DNA of 64,000 bases from an uncultured delta proteobacterium. GTDB lineage: Bacteria > Desulfobacterota > WTBG01. This document shows, one piece after another, positions 41,900-51,694 of the stretch. Location: contig CAWCBP010000008.1 in assembly GCA_963793865.1 (NCBI GenBank), positions 576,001 to 640,000 on the forward strand, read 5' to 3'. The notes under the pieces are model-generated. The model saw nothing but the letters and a program-made list of their open reading frames with translations. It searched no databases and was not told the DNA's origin. How positions within the stretch are numbered: position 1 is the first letter of the stretch; every line of letters starts with the position of its first letter. A program made the position numbers and the translations under genes.

Positions 41900-42930
41900 A
41901 TGAGTGACGCTGACTACACGGTGCTCATACCCGAGGGAATAGCCGATCCGGATATCGAGAGAGGGGTATTCGGCAATGCGTTTAAGGTAGTTGCGCCTGC
42001 CGCCTCTCGGAATTGAAGAAATATCGGCAGACCTCTGGCGTCGCGCTGACGCTGATCATGGGACGGCGCCACTTTACCTACGATGCAGGCTTGATGCAGC
42101 AGCTAAAACGATGCAAACTCATTATCCGCATGGGAGTCGGGTTTGATAACGTTGCCATAAGGGCCGCGGGCGAGCTGGGAATCGCTGTCTGCAATGTCCC
42201 CGATTACTGCACCACCGATGTCGCCGATCATGCCGTTGCGCTGATACTGGCTTTCACCCGGGGCATCCTTGCTCTCTCGGCGTCGGTGCAGGCGAATGAG
42301 TGGCGGTGGGACCAGGTAAGTACCTTGAGGCGCCTGGCGGGTTCAACCCTGGGCATCATCGGTTTGGGGAGAATCGGCACCGCGGTTGCAATGAGGGCAA
42401 AGGGCCTGGAGATGAAGGTGCTCTTCTATGATCCCTATCTTCGGGAGGGAATTGATAAGTCGCTGGGCATCGGCCGCTGCTACGACGTGAAGGAGCTGCT
42501 CCCCCGGTCGGACGTGGTGTCCATGCATGTGCCACTGACCGATGAGACACGAGACATGGCCAATGAGAATTTCTTCCGGGCCATGAGGCCGGGATCATTG
42601 TTTATCAACACCGCACGCGGAAAGATCTTTGTCAGCAGCGCCTTGCATGGCGCCTTGAAGAGCGGTCATCTGTCTGCCGCCGGGCTGGATGTCTGGCCGG
42701 TAGAACCGCCGCCGGAGAACGACCCCCTGATAAAGGCATGGAGGGCGGGAGAGCCCTGGATCAGGGACCGCTTCACCCTGACTCCTCACGCGGCGTTTTT
42801 CTGCAAGGATTCCTGGGAGGAGCTTCGCACCAAGGCGGCCCTGGAGGTAAAGCGGGTGCTGCAGGGTGAGAAACCGCGCGCGTGCGTGAATGATGAATGG
42901 CTGGTCAATCCTCGGTACCGGATGATTTAA
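41900..42930 (+). CDS. D-2-hydroxyacid dehydrogenase (CtBP-like), frameshifts near 42010 and 42054
   Basis: GVGFDNV, NVPDY, GLGRIG, INTARG, GLDV, TPHAA; N-terminus MSDADYTVLIPE in another frame. Confidence 0.88.
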
Positions 42931-42980
42931 CCGCCTGAAACTGCTGTTTTAAAACCTTTCCAATCACATTTGAAATTTCT

Positions 42981-43030
42981 GTAGGAGCGCCTTCAGTCGC
43001 GATGCATTCGCGGCTGAAAGCCGCTCCTAC
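42981..43030. repeat. REP family B doublet
   Basis: gtaggagcgc...gccgctcctac. Confidence 0.8.
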
Positions 43031-43097
43031 CGGTGGGCACTATTTCTGAGAGATAAATTCTCAGATTTAGCCTGTAATTATCTATCAGTAAATAGCC

Positions 43098-43952
43098 ATG
43101 GATTGCATGAAGGGAAAAACCGTCCTGATTACCGGCGCCGATGGGGGTATCGGCAGGGAGATAACCAGGGCACTTGCCAAAAAAGGATCCTCTCTAGTAA
43201 TGGCCTGCATCGATGCAGATGCTGCGAGGCCGGTCTGCGAGGAGATAAAAGAAGAGAGCGGTAATGTCGCCATTGAGATAATGCAGATTGACCTTGCCTC
43301 ACTCGCTTCGGTCCGACAGTTCGCCGGAAGCTTCTCCGACCGGTATCAGCAGCTGCACGTGCTGATTAACAATGCCGGCGTCTTTTGCGCAAAAAGGCAG
43401 GAGACGGCGGATGGATTTGAGAAAACTCTGGGGATTAACTACCTGGGTCCTTTTCTGCTCACCAATTTGCTGCTGCCGGTGCTGAAGAAAACCCCGGAAG
43501 CACGCATTATCAATGTTTCATCCAATGCCTGCGCTCAGGGCAGGCTTGATCTTAATAATATTCATCTCAAAAAGGGCTATCAGGGATTTAAGGCCTACGC
43601 TAACTCCAAACTGGCCGTCGTGCTTTTTACCCTGGAGCTGGCGGAACGAATGAAGGGCAGCGGCATCACCGTGAACGCGGTGCATCCCGGCCATGTGGCC
43701 ACCAATATCTGGAACATGTGGCCGGGAAAGTGGTATCAGTCCCTTCTCTTCAAAATCATCCGGCGATTCGCGCGCACCCCGGAGGAGGCGGCACACAACA
43801 GCGTATTCCTGGCTTGTTCCGATGAGGTAAGCGGTATCACCGGAACCTACTTTGACGACCGGAAGCCCAAAGCGTTACCGACTGCATGCACGGATGTGAC
43901 CCTGCGCAAGAACCTGTGGGCACTGAGCGAAAAGCTGACCGGCCTCGCGTAG
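43098..43952 (+). CDS. SDR oxidoreductase (retinol-dehydrogenase-like)
   Basis: TGADGGIG, NNAG, NVSS, YANSK, VHPG. Confidence 0.92.
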   Translation: MDCMKGKTVLITGADGGIGREITRALAKKGSSLVMACIDADAARPVCEEIKEESGNVAIEIMQIDLASLASVRQFAGSFSDRYQQLHVLINNAGVFCAKRQETADGFEKTLGINYLGPFLLTNLLLPVLKKTPEARIINVSSNACAQGRLDLNNIHLKKGYQGFKAYANSKLAVVLFTLELAERMKGSGITVNAVHPGHVATNIWNMWPGKWYQSLLFKIIRRFARTPEEAAHNSVFLACSDEVSGITGTYFDDRKPKALPTACTDVTLRKNLWALSEKLTGLA

Positions 43953-43999
43953 CGGTGTTTGATCGCATCTTTTGAGGTATCACTTGGTTTTTAGAAATT

Positions 44000-44078
44000 G
44001 TAGGGGCGTACGGGGCCTTACGCCCTATGAAATGACATGGTCACCGGTTTTAAAAGGGCGCGCCGCCGCGCGCCCCTA
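44000..44078. repeat. degenerate REP family A pair
   Basis: gtaggggcgta...tacgcccta and agggcgcgccgccgcgcgccccta. Confidence 0.6.
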
Positions 44079-44132
44079 AAGATTTTGCATAAACAGATGG
44101 CTTTTACGCAAGAAATTTAGTGGAGAATTGCA

Positions 44133-44459
44133 ATGATAAAAATACCCTGTCCTTATTTAAAGGGTGCAGTTGAACTCTCAGACGAGCGGGAGCAGCACAT
44201 TGCCCAACATCACCCTGACTTGCTTCCATTGAATAAAAGATGTATCATTGAAACACTTGCAGCACCTGACCAAATTCGTCATAGCACCCGACTAGGGAAT
44301 GCCAGACTTTTTTCGCGATGGTTGCATGAACTGCGGGGTGGAAAATATGTAGTAGTTGTGGTTGTAAGCGAACCATCAGAACCAAAACGTCACTGGATCA
44401 TAACCGCCTATATGGCCAGAAAACTGGCGGAAGGAGAAATAGAATGGAGAAAAAATTAA
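44133..44459 (+). CDS. putative RelE/BECR-fold nuclease toxin
   Basis: ERE.HI...HP, ETLAAPD, YVVVVV, WIITAY; overlaps the DUF2283 gene. Confidence 0.7.
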   Translation: MIKIPCPYLKGAVELSDEREQHIAQHHPDLLPLNKRCIIETLAAPDQIRHSTRLGNARLFSRWLHELRGGKYVVVVVVSEPSEPKRHWIITAYMARKLAEGEIEWRKN

Positions 44460-44698
44460 GTTTCAAGTACGACCGGGAGGCTGACATCCTGTATATTAAT
44501 AAATGTGATCCGTATCCGGAACAGGAGAGTGAAGAACTTGATCAGGAAGTTATTGCCCGCCTCAATCCCTCGACGGGAGATATTGAGAATCTCGAAGTGC
44601 TCTTTTTCTCCACCCGTCTTTTACGAAGCGATTTGTTTGAACTTCCGGTGACAGCGGATATTCGTCTTGGCGTAAAATGCCATCGATTGATTAAATGA
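44444..44698 (+). CDS. DUF2283-family putative antitoxin
   Basis: YDREADILYI; TGDIENLEVL. Confidence 0.8.
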   Translation: MEKKLSFKYDREADILYINKCDPYPEQESEELDQEVIARLNPSTGDIENLEVLFFSTRLLRSDLFELPVTADIRLGVKCHRLIK

Positions 44699-44785
44699 CC
44701 ATCAATCTAGGGGACGACTGTGATAGGTGATTTTAAAAAGAAGGTATAATGTAGATGCTAAAACCGATTGTATTACCCCCACATT

Positions 44786-44811
44786 GTAGGGGCGAACGGC
44801 GGTTCGCCCTT
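44786..44811. repeat. REP family A variant
   Basis: gtaggggcgaacggcggttcgccctt. Confidence 0.7.
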
Positions 44812-44827
44812 GCCATTGCGTCCGCCC

Positions 44828-45331
44828 TTACGTCAGCTTAAAATCTTTGTGCTTTTTGATGTGCTCGACGAGGCCGCCGTCGGCGAGGATATTGGCCATG
44901 ACCGCCGGCAGGGGGGGGAAGGTGTATACTTCACCCTTGGTACGATTGGTTATTGTTCCTTCCTGCAGGCTGATTTCCAGTTCGTCACCCTCCCGGATGG
45001 CGTCAGTGTCCAGGATGATGGCCGGAAGGCCCACGTTGATGCAGTTGCGGTAAAAGATGCGCGGGAAGCTTTTGGCCAGCACGGCGCTCACCCCGGAAAT
45101 TTTCATGATGGTGGGGGCGTGTTCACGGCTGGATCCCTGCCCGAAATTATTTCCTCCCACCACCACATCCCCCGGTCGCACCTGCGATGCGAATTCGGGA
45201 CGGGCGTCTTCAAGCACATGCTTGGCCAGCTCCGGCAGATTGCTGCGCAGGTGAAACAGCCTGCCGGGCGCGATGTGATCTGTGCTGATGCCGTCTCCGA
45301 ATTTGAAGGCCCTACCTCTTAATGTTTCCAT
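44828..45331 (-). CDS. leuD: 3-isopropylmalate dehydratase/homoaconitase small subunit
   Basis: FGDGISTD.I.PG, NFGQGSSREHA, RIFYRN, GGL. Confidence 0.9.
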   Translation of the reverse strand: METLRGRAFKFGDGISTDHIAPGRLFHLRSNLPELAKHVLEDARPEFASQVRPGDVVVGGNNFGQGSSREHAPTIMKISGVSAVLAKSFPRIFYRNCINVGLPAIILDTDAIREGDELEISLQEGTITNRTKGEVYTFPPLPAVMANILADGGLVEHIKKHKDFKLT

Positions 45332-45342
45332 GGCAGTTCTTC

Positions 45343-46599
45343 TCAGGACATATAGTTACGGGGATCGGTGATTTTCCCGGTCAGTGCGGTTGCCGCCGCG
45401 GTTGCCGGACTGGCCAGATAAATGAACGCGTTGGGGTTGCCCATTCTTCCCTTGAAATTGCGGTTCTGGGTGGAGAGGCAAACGTCCCCGTCGGCGAGCG
45501 CTCCACTGTGGACGCCGACACACGCCCCGCAGCCGGGTCCGGTGATTATGCCCCCTGCTTCGGCCAGCGTCTGAAAGGTTCCGTCCGCCAGTCCGTCCAG
45601 CAGCTCCCGCCGGGAGACCGGCGTGATGAGCAGCCGTGTGTTTCCGGCTACTTTCTTCCCTTTAAGAATGGCGGCCGCCTGCCTTAAGTCCTCGAGACGC
45701 CCGTTGGTGCAGGTGCCGATGAAAACCTGGTCCACCTTCATCCCTTCGACGGCAGCAACCGGTTTTACATTATCCACCACGTGGGGGCAGGCGATCATCG
45801 GTTCAAGTGTGCTCACATCGATGAGTATTTCGCGCTGGTAGGGGGCATCCGGATCGGCGGTAAGGGCAGTGAATTTTTCCGGACGTCCCAGATGCGCAAG
45901 GTATTCCCTGGTTACCTCATCAGCATTGAAAAGGCCGACCTTGGCGCCGCATTCCACGGCCATATTGGAAATGGTAAAGCGGCCGGCCATGGAAAGAGAA
46001 TCCATAGCCGGACCGGTGAACTCGAGGGCCTTGTAGGTGGCGCCATCCGCCTTCACCATCCCGATTAGATGAAGCATAAAATCCTTGGCGAACACACCCC
46101 GGGGAAATGCGCCCTGGGCAACAATCTTCCAGCTTTCGGGGATCCTCATCCAGGTGCGGCCCAGGCCCATGGCCACCGCCACATCGGTGGAGCCCATGCC
46201 GGTGGAAAATGCGCACAGCGCGCCGTTGGTACAGGTGTGAGAATCGGCGCCCACGATGACATCGCCGGGACCGGCGTAGCGCTCACTCACCACGTTGTGC
46301 GAAATACCGCATCCAACGTCGGAGAGGGCGGCGCCTGTTTTCCCGCAGAACTCGCGCAGAAACTTGTGATCGTTGGAGAGCTCCTGGCGCGGACTGGGTG
46401 ACGCATGGTCCAGGAAAACCATGGCGTGTTGGGGATGGGGCAGGGTGCTGAACCCCAGCTTTTCAAACTGGCGGACGGTGAGCGGGCCGGTTCCATCCTG
46501 GACGTAAGCAAGGTCCACCCTTACAATAACCAGTTCACCCGCGCGCACATCGTAGCCTGCATGGCTGCTCAAGATTTTCTCTGCCAGTGTCTTTCCCAT
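45343..46599 (-). CDS. leuC: 3-isopropylmalate dehydratase/homoaconitase large subunit (short type)
   Basis: TLAEKIL, GADSHTCT, GTCTNGR, PGCGAC, NRNFKGRMG. Confidence 0.92.
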   Translation of the reverse strand: MGKTLAEKILSSHAGYDVRAGELVIVRVDLAYVQDGTGPLTVRQFEKLGFSTLPHPQHAMVFLDHASPSPRQELSNDHKFLREFCGKTGAALSDVGCGISHNVVSERYAGPGDVIVGADSHTCTNGALCAFSTGMGSTDVAVAMGLGRTWMRIPESWKIVAQGAFPRGVFAKDFMLHLIGMVKADGATYKALEFTGPAMDSLSMAGRFTISNMAVECGAKVGLFNADEVTREYLAHLGRPEKFTALTADPDAPYQREILIDVSTLEPMIACPHVVDNVKPVAAVEGMKVDQVFIGTCTNGRLEDLRQAAAILKGKKVAGNTRLLITPVSRRELLDGLADGTFQTLAEAGGIITGPGCGACVGVHSGALADGDVCLSTQNRNFKGRMGNPNAFIYLASPATAAATALTGKITDPRNYMS

Positions 46600-46662
46600 G
46601 GTACCTCTGAAGGTGTACAAAAAATGCCGATTGAATACCGGCCAAACATATTTGCGATTTCG

Positions 46663-46711
46663 GTAGGAGCGCCTTCAGGCGCGATTCATTCGCGGCTTAA
46701 GCCGCTCCTGC
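46663..46711. repeat. REP family B doublet
   Basis: gtaggagcgc...gccgctcctgc. Confidence 0.8.
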
Positions 46712-46800
46712 CAAAAAACGCTTCTCTCTATCTCCAACAAATGCAATCGCAATGTAGCCGCAAGCTTTAGCTTGCGCAATTCTTCCTGCGCACCTCGGTT

Positions 46801-46829
46801 AATCTAGCCGCCTTTGCCTCTTTCGTCAA
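46801..46829 (-). promoter_or_regulatory. sigma70 promoter candidate for leuCD
   Basis: minus strand TTGACG-17-TAGATT. Confidence 0.5.
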
Positions 46830-46853
46830 GGGGAAGTGCAAGCAGATAATAAT

Positions 46854-47025
46854 CGGACGCAACGGAGTGCGTCCCTCCACAGTATTGTTTGGATCCTGCG
46901 ATCAAGTCGCAGGATGACTGCTGTAAACATCAGGTGATATTTTTTTCACATCATTACCCGACTTGATCGGATAACCCAAATAGTCGTGTTGCTTGGGGAT
47001 GGAGGGCCACGCTCCGTCGTGGCCG
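46854..47025. repeat. nested REP-like hairpins
   Basis: cggacgc..gcgtccctcc / ggagggccacg..cgtggccg pair enclosing ggatcctgcga..tcgcaggatgac and a related hairpin. Confidence 0.55.
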
Positions 47026-47050
47026 CAGATTCGAGCGGAATTCTTGATCG

Positions 47051-47839
47051 CTAAAACTTCACTCCCACATGAATTGCGGCGATGCCCTTTGACAGCAAGC
47101 GGTACCTGACAGTGGAAAAACCGGCGTTTTCCAGGATTTTGCTCAGCCCCTCCGGTGACGGGAAGAGGCGGATTGATTCAGGTAAATAATGGTATGCCTG
47201 GCTGGACCCGGTAAAAAGCCTGCCGATCCTGGGCATGACCTGGAAGGAGTAAAAATCATAGAGCCTGCGGAAAACACCGGGAGCGGGCTGGGAGAACTCG
47301 AGACAAAGAAATCTCCCCCGGGGTTTGAGTACCCGGTGCATCTCGGCAAGCCCCTTCTCCATGCGCGTCACGTTCCTGATGCCGAAGCCCACCATGGCGG
47401 CGTCGAAATGATTATCCGGCAGGGAAATTTGTTCGGCATCCCCCTGGACAAAACGGATTCGGCCGTCAAGGGCCGCTTTGCGGGCCTTCCGCCTGCCCAG
47501 CTCCATCATGGCCTGGTTAATGTCGTAGACGGTTACCGAACCCGAGGGGCCGACTGCCCTGGCGGCCATAATGGCAAGATCGGCGGTGCCTCCGCACACA
47601 TCAAGAACCCGCTCTCCGGGCTTCAGCTCCAGCATGTTGACAGCGGTTTTTTTCCAGCGAAGATGCAGTCCGAAGCTTAAGACCGTATTGATGAGGTCAT
47701 AACGGGCGGCAATGGAGTCGAAATGGTTCGTCACCAGTTTCACCTTCTCGTCCGCCCTGACCGTGCGGTAGCCGAAGTGAACCGTTTCTTCCTGATGTTT
47801 GTGGTTGTTGGATGCAGCGCTGTCTTGATTAATATCCAT
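47051..47839 (-). CDS. ubiE: demethylmenaquinone C-methyltransferase (MenG/UbiE)
   Basis: HFGY, YDLINTVLSFGLHLRWK, LDVCGGTAD, FGIRNV, LEFS, YLPESI. Confidence 0.95.
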   Translation of the reverse strand: MDINQDSAASNNHKHQEETVHFGYRTVRADEKVKLVTNHFDSIAARYDLINTVLSFGLHLRWKKTAVNMLELKPGERVLDVCGGTADLAIMAARAVGPSGSVTVYDINQAMMELGRRKARKAALDGRIRFVQGDAEQISLPDNHFDAAMVGFGIRNVTRMEKGLAEMHRVLKPRGRFLCLEFSQPAPGVFRRLYDFYSFQVMPRIGRLFTGSSQAYHYLPESIRLFPSPEGLSKILENAGFSTVRYRLLSKGIAAIHVGVKF

Positions 47840-47973
47840 CTATTGCCTAACCTGCGCGGGTTTATTCAAGGCTATTCGGAGACCTCTACCATAGCAGAAA
47901 AAGATCCTATTGTAAACGTCACCATCCTTCTGCTCCGGGATTATAAACAGATGGTTGTCCGCCGGCCTTTTCC

Positions 47974-48002
47974 TTGACACCCTAAAACTCATCTTTTATA
48001 CT
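47974..48002 (+). promoter_or_regulatory. sigma70 promoter
   Basis: TTGACA-17-TATACT. Confidence 0.65.
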
Positions 48003-48045
48003 CAACCGGTAAAACTCTCTTTTTATGAGCTGGTAAGGAATTCTG

Positions 48046-48921
48046 ATGGAACCTCTGTTGCACTGGGGTCTTGAGGTAATACGTACCGTCCAGCAGGTGC
48101 AAAGCCCGCTGCTTAACAGCTTTTTTTTCGCCGTTTCCGGCCTGGGGAGCAGCTTCTTTCTTCTTCTGGTCCTCCCCGCTCTTTTCTGGTGTGTTGACTA
48201 CCGTCTGGGGCTGCGCGTGGCGGTCTTGTGCACCCTGTCCGCCTTCTGCAACTCCTCACTCAAGGCGCTTTTTGCCCAGCCCCGCCCGTTTGATCTTGTC
48301 CCGGAGCTCGGTATCGGGAGGGCCGGCGGATACGGTTTGCCGAGCGGCCATGCCCAGGAATCGGTGGTGCTGTGGGGGAGCATTGCCCACTTTACCGGCA
48401 ATAAATGGTTCCGGGCTTTGACGGTAATCCTCCTGCTGCTGATTGGATTCTCGCGCGTCTATCTGGGTGTTCACTTCCCGACTGATGTCATTGCCGGATG
48501 GACGGTGGGCATTGCTCTACTCTGGTTTTATATTGTTTTCCAGCCCGCGGTTGAAAAATGGATAATAAGCCGCAGTCTTACCTTCCGGCTGCTGCTTGCG
48601 CTGGCGGTTCCGCCGGGCCTGCTGCTCATGCACAGCGGCGTGGTTGTGGCGTTTCAGTCGGGGATGCTGCTGGGAATCGCGGCCGGCGCGATAGTGAGAA
48701 CCCGCTTTATGTCGTTTTCTCCCCGGTGCACGAAAGGGGCGGCTGTCGCGCGCTATGCGGTCGGCATCATCGTCCTGATTGGTTCGCTGAGCCTGCTGAG
48801 GGGAATGCTTCCCTATCAGGCAACCGCCGGTTACCTGGTCAGGGGATTTTTCCACTCCGCATGCAATGGAATATGGATAAGCCTGGGGGCCCCCGCTCTT
48901 TTTCGCCTGCTGAAAATATAG
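48046..48921 (+). CDS. PAP2-family membrane phosphatase
   Basis: K......RP, PSGH, SRVYLGVHFPTD. Confidence 0.92.
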   Translation: MEPLLHWGLEVIRTVQQVQSPLLNSFFFAVSGLGSSFFLLLVLPALFWCVDYRLGLRVAVLCTLSAFCNSSLKALFAQPRPFDLVPELGIGRAGGYGLPSGHAQESVVLWGSIAHFTGNKWFRALTVILLLLIGFSRVYLGVHFPTDVIAGWTVGIALLWFYIVFQPAVEKWIISRSLTFRLLLALAVPPGLLLMHSGVVVAFQSGMLLGIAAGAIVRTRFMSFSPRCTKGAAVARYAVGIIVLIGSLSLLRGMLPYQATAGYLVRGFFHSACNGIWISLGAPALFRLLKI

Positions 48922-48932
48922 CGGTGTTGTGC

Positions 48933-48961
48933 TTGACACCCGCGGCACTTTCTTCTATAGT
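48933..48961 (+). promoter_or_regulatory. sigma70 promoter
   Basis: TTGACA-17-TATAGT. Confidence 0.6.
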
Positions 48962-49087
48962 TGCCGGGCACCAAAATAATGGAGGGCCATGCGCTGTCAT
49001 GGCCTCGCACACTGTTTTGATGCGACGGAGCGCGTTCCTCGAGAAAAAAAGCTCGTGAGGGGATATGTGAAAGAAGGAGGTTAGGTA

Positions 49088-50419
49088 ATGGCAAAGAAAT
49101 ATGATGTGGTAGTTGTAGGCGGCGGCACCTCGGGGCTGGAGGCCGCAAAGACAGCTGCTCAGAACGGGCTGAAAGTCGCCCTGGTGGAAATGAAAAGCGA
49201 CCCGGCAAAAGTGCAGCGGGCCTGCGCCCAGATGTTCCTGGTGAACATGGACCATTTTTATAACGAGCGCATGTTCTTCTCGCGCGAACAGAAAAAATGG
49301 ATTTTCCCGGTGAACAATTTTTCGGTAAACTACCGGGGCGCCTATCGTGAGTTTTATGCCGTTCACTTTATCGCGCCCAACACCGAGGACCGCATCGAGA
49401 TCGGTGACTACGAGGCAAATCAGTCAGGCAGGGGCATGCCCGCGGTGGTGTTCGACAAGAAAGTCCTCCTGGAAGGGCTCCGCGATGAAGGACAACAGGC
49501 GGGGGTTGAATTTTTCCTGGAGCGGACGGTTATTGATGCACGCACCGGGAGCGACGGTGTCGAGGTGAGAACAAAGAGCGGTGACCGGCTCAGGGGGACC
49601 TTCTGCGTGGCCGCCGACGGCATCAGTTCCCTGCTTGCCCGGAAACTCGGCCTCAACCGGGATCGGGTCTTTATCACCACCTCCTCTTCGGTAAGCTACT
49701 ATGTGACCGGGGTGAAGTTTGACCGTTCTGAAATGATTTGCATGGGCAATGCCTATGACCGGGGAGGGCTGGGCACCGTCCACTTCTGCATGCTGCCCAG
49801 CGTGTACCGTGAGGATGAGTACTGGCTTTACACCAAAGGACAGGAGCAGTTTGAATACTTCACCACCAGGAGTCCCTTCAGCAAGTGGTTCCATAAAACC
49901 GAGGTGACCCACAAGCGGTGCGCGGTCATCAGCATGTGGAGCCCCGCCCGGGAACCGTTCAAGGACAATGTGGTGTTTGTGGGCGATACCGTCTGGTTTG
50001 CCGAGGCGGAGAACACCGGTGCGCTGCTTTCCGGCCACAAGGCGGCAAACGCCATATGCACGGCGCTGCACACGGGCAAGCCGAACCGCGAGGGGGTTAT
50101 GGACTACATCTCCTGGTGGAAGAAAAATTGGCCCGAGACCCATGACTACCGAGATTTTGTCTGTTATCCGGTTTTTTTCAACCTTTTTACTGAGGACGAG
50201 CTTAACTATCTCCACCGGATTATCGACAAGAAACTTCCCTGGAGCCTGAATCCGTTCAAGCTGTATGGGACCATCGTGCAGGCCATTGCGCCGCACATGA
50301 AACGCATCGAGAGCGAAAAACCGCTCATGGCGAAAAAGATTGCCCGTTTGAAGCCGCAGTCGGCGGTTTCGCTCATGAAGCCGGCAACACGGGCGGGGTA
50401 TCCGCTAGCAGACAGGTGA
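49088..50419 (+). CDS. geranylgeranyl-reductase-like FAD oxidoreductase (paralog 2)
   Basis: YDVVVVGGGTSG, VAADG, PFKDNVVFVGD, GHKAANA, Y..WW. Confidence 0.8.
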   Translation: MAKKYDVVVVGGGTSGLEAAKTAAQNGLKVALVEMKSDPAKVQRACAQMFLVNMDHFYNERMFFSREQKKWIFPVNNFSVNYRGAYREFYAVHFIAPNTEDRIEIGDYEANQSGRGMPAVVFDKKVLLEGLRDEGQQAGVEFFLERTVIDARTGSDGVEVRTKSGDRLRGTFCVAADGISSLLARKLGLNRDRVFITTSSSVSYYVTGVKFDRSEMICMGNAYDRGGLGTVHFCMLPSVYREDEYWLYTKGQEQFEYFTTRSPFSKWFHKTEVTHKRCAVISMWSPAREPFKDNVVFVGDTVWFAEAENTGALLSGHKAANAICTALHTGKPNREGVMDYISWWKKNWPETHDYRDFVCYPVFFNLFTEDELNYLHRIIDKKLPWSLNPFKLYGTIVQAIAPHMKRIESEKPLMAKKIARLKPQSAVSLMKPATRAGYPLADR

Positions 50420-50709
50420 GGGGACAGGGTTGAGGGAAGAGGGAAGAGGGAAGAGGAAGATAAACTTACGGAGTAATGGAGTACTGGAGTTTTGGAGTGT
50501 TGGGGCTGCAGTTTCGTTGATTTCGGAATGCGGATTGCGGATGGGAAAAGAGAAGAGGCAAAGTAAATGGCAAATCCGAAATCCGAAGCTCGAAATTCGA
50601 AATTTGGGATTTGGAGTTTAGTGCTTGGGATTTGCTTGCCGCTGAACCCTGACCCCTGACGCCTGAACCCTGTAGCCTGCAAACTGTCAACTGAAAACTG
50701 ACAACTGCA
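50417..50709. repeat. mosaic of seven short-period (7/8-mer) tandem repeat blocks
   Basis: GGGAAGA, TGGAGTNN, GATTGCG, AAATCCG, ATTTGGG, CCCTGAA, AACTGAC blocks of 3-5 degenerate units each. Confidence 0.8.
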
Positions 50710-50722
50710 ATTGGAGGTTTAC

Positions 50723-51658
50723 ATGCCCTCATTTACCTGGCAGGATGGAATAAAAGAAAAGATAGACGCGCTGTGCGCCATTTTTCCGCCGGTTATCAGA
50801 AATCGCTGGAGGGACAGGCTTATTTATAACGCCGAAAAAATTGCCGCCTATCAGGGGGTGAACGGGGTGACGGAGGAGATCATGTGGCATTCTGTCGCCG
50901 AGATATTCCCCGGCGGGTTTGATCCGCTGGTATTGAAAATCAAGGACCCGGAAAAACTCAAGGCCGACATGCTTTCGTCACGAAACCAGGAGGAGATGGC
51001 CCCGGGCACTGAACCGGTAACCATTACCCGATGGGCCCAGGACACAGACGGTGTTGCCGCTGTGCCGCAGGGCAGGAAAATCCTCGCCGTGTGTGCCAGC
51101 GCGCGCAAGGGCGGCAACACGGATGTGATTATCGATGAGCTGTTGCGCGCCGCTAAAGATAATGGATCGGAAACTGAAAAAATCTATCTTTCAGATTTGA
51201 ACATGAAACAGTGCACCGGATGCAGGCTTTGCCGGAAGCAGGATGTCAAGACCATCTGCGCGGTTAAGGATGACATGCAGCCTTTTTATGAAAAGCTGTA
51301 CGCGGCTGATGGGTTTATCGCGGGGTTCCCCATCTACACCGCCCGGGAAAACGGCTACATGGCCACCTTCATGGACCGCTGGGACTGCTTTGCCAATCCC
51401 TACCTCACTCACAAAATGCCGCCCGGTAAGAAGGGACTCATTGTCTGCAGCTGGATGTGGCCCAACCCCCATGCCTATGATGACATTGTCGAAAAAATGG
51501 TCATCCTCATGCGACTGCACCAGGTGATGACCACCGATGTGCTCGTAATCACCGGGACGCGCGGCAAAAAGCACGGAAAGGGCGTGGTTAAAAACCACCC
51601 GGATATCCTGGACACGGCGTACCGGGCAGGAATTCAGTTCTTGAAAGGTTTACAGTAG
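50723..51658 (+). CDS. iron-sulfur flavoprotein (flavodoxin-like) with extra N-terminal domain
   Basis: SARKGGNT, CTGCRLC...C...DDM, FPIY, FMDR; N-terminal W...PPVIR...AE..A...VT pattern. Confidence 0.8.
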   Translation: MPSFTWQDGIKEKIDALCAIFPPVIRNRWRDRLIYNAEKIAAYQGVNGVTEEIMWHSVAEIFPGGFDPLVLKIKDPEKLKADMLSSRNQEEMAPGTEPVTITRWAQDTDGVAAVPQGRKILAVCASARKGGNTDVIIDELLRAAKDNGSETEKIYLSDLNMKQCTGCRLCRKQDVKTICAVKDDMQPFYEKLYAADGFIAGFPIYTARENGYMATFMDRWDCFANPYLTHKMPPGKKGLIVCSWMWPNPHAYDDIVEKMVILMRLHQVMTTDVLVITGTRGKKHGKGVVKNHPDILDTAYRAGIQFLKGLQ

Positions 51659-51694
51659 AACACTCTCACGCTGCATCAAGGTACTAAAGGGAGA

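Noticed and set aside
50430..50732. ORFs across the heptamer mosaic
   Set aside because: Low-complexity translations of the repeats
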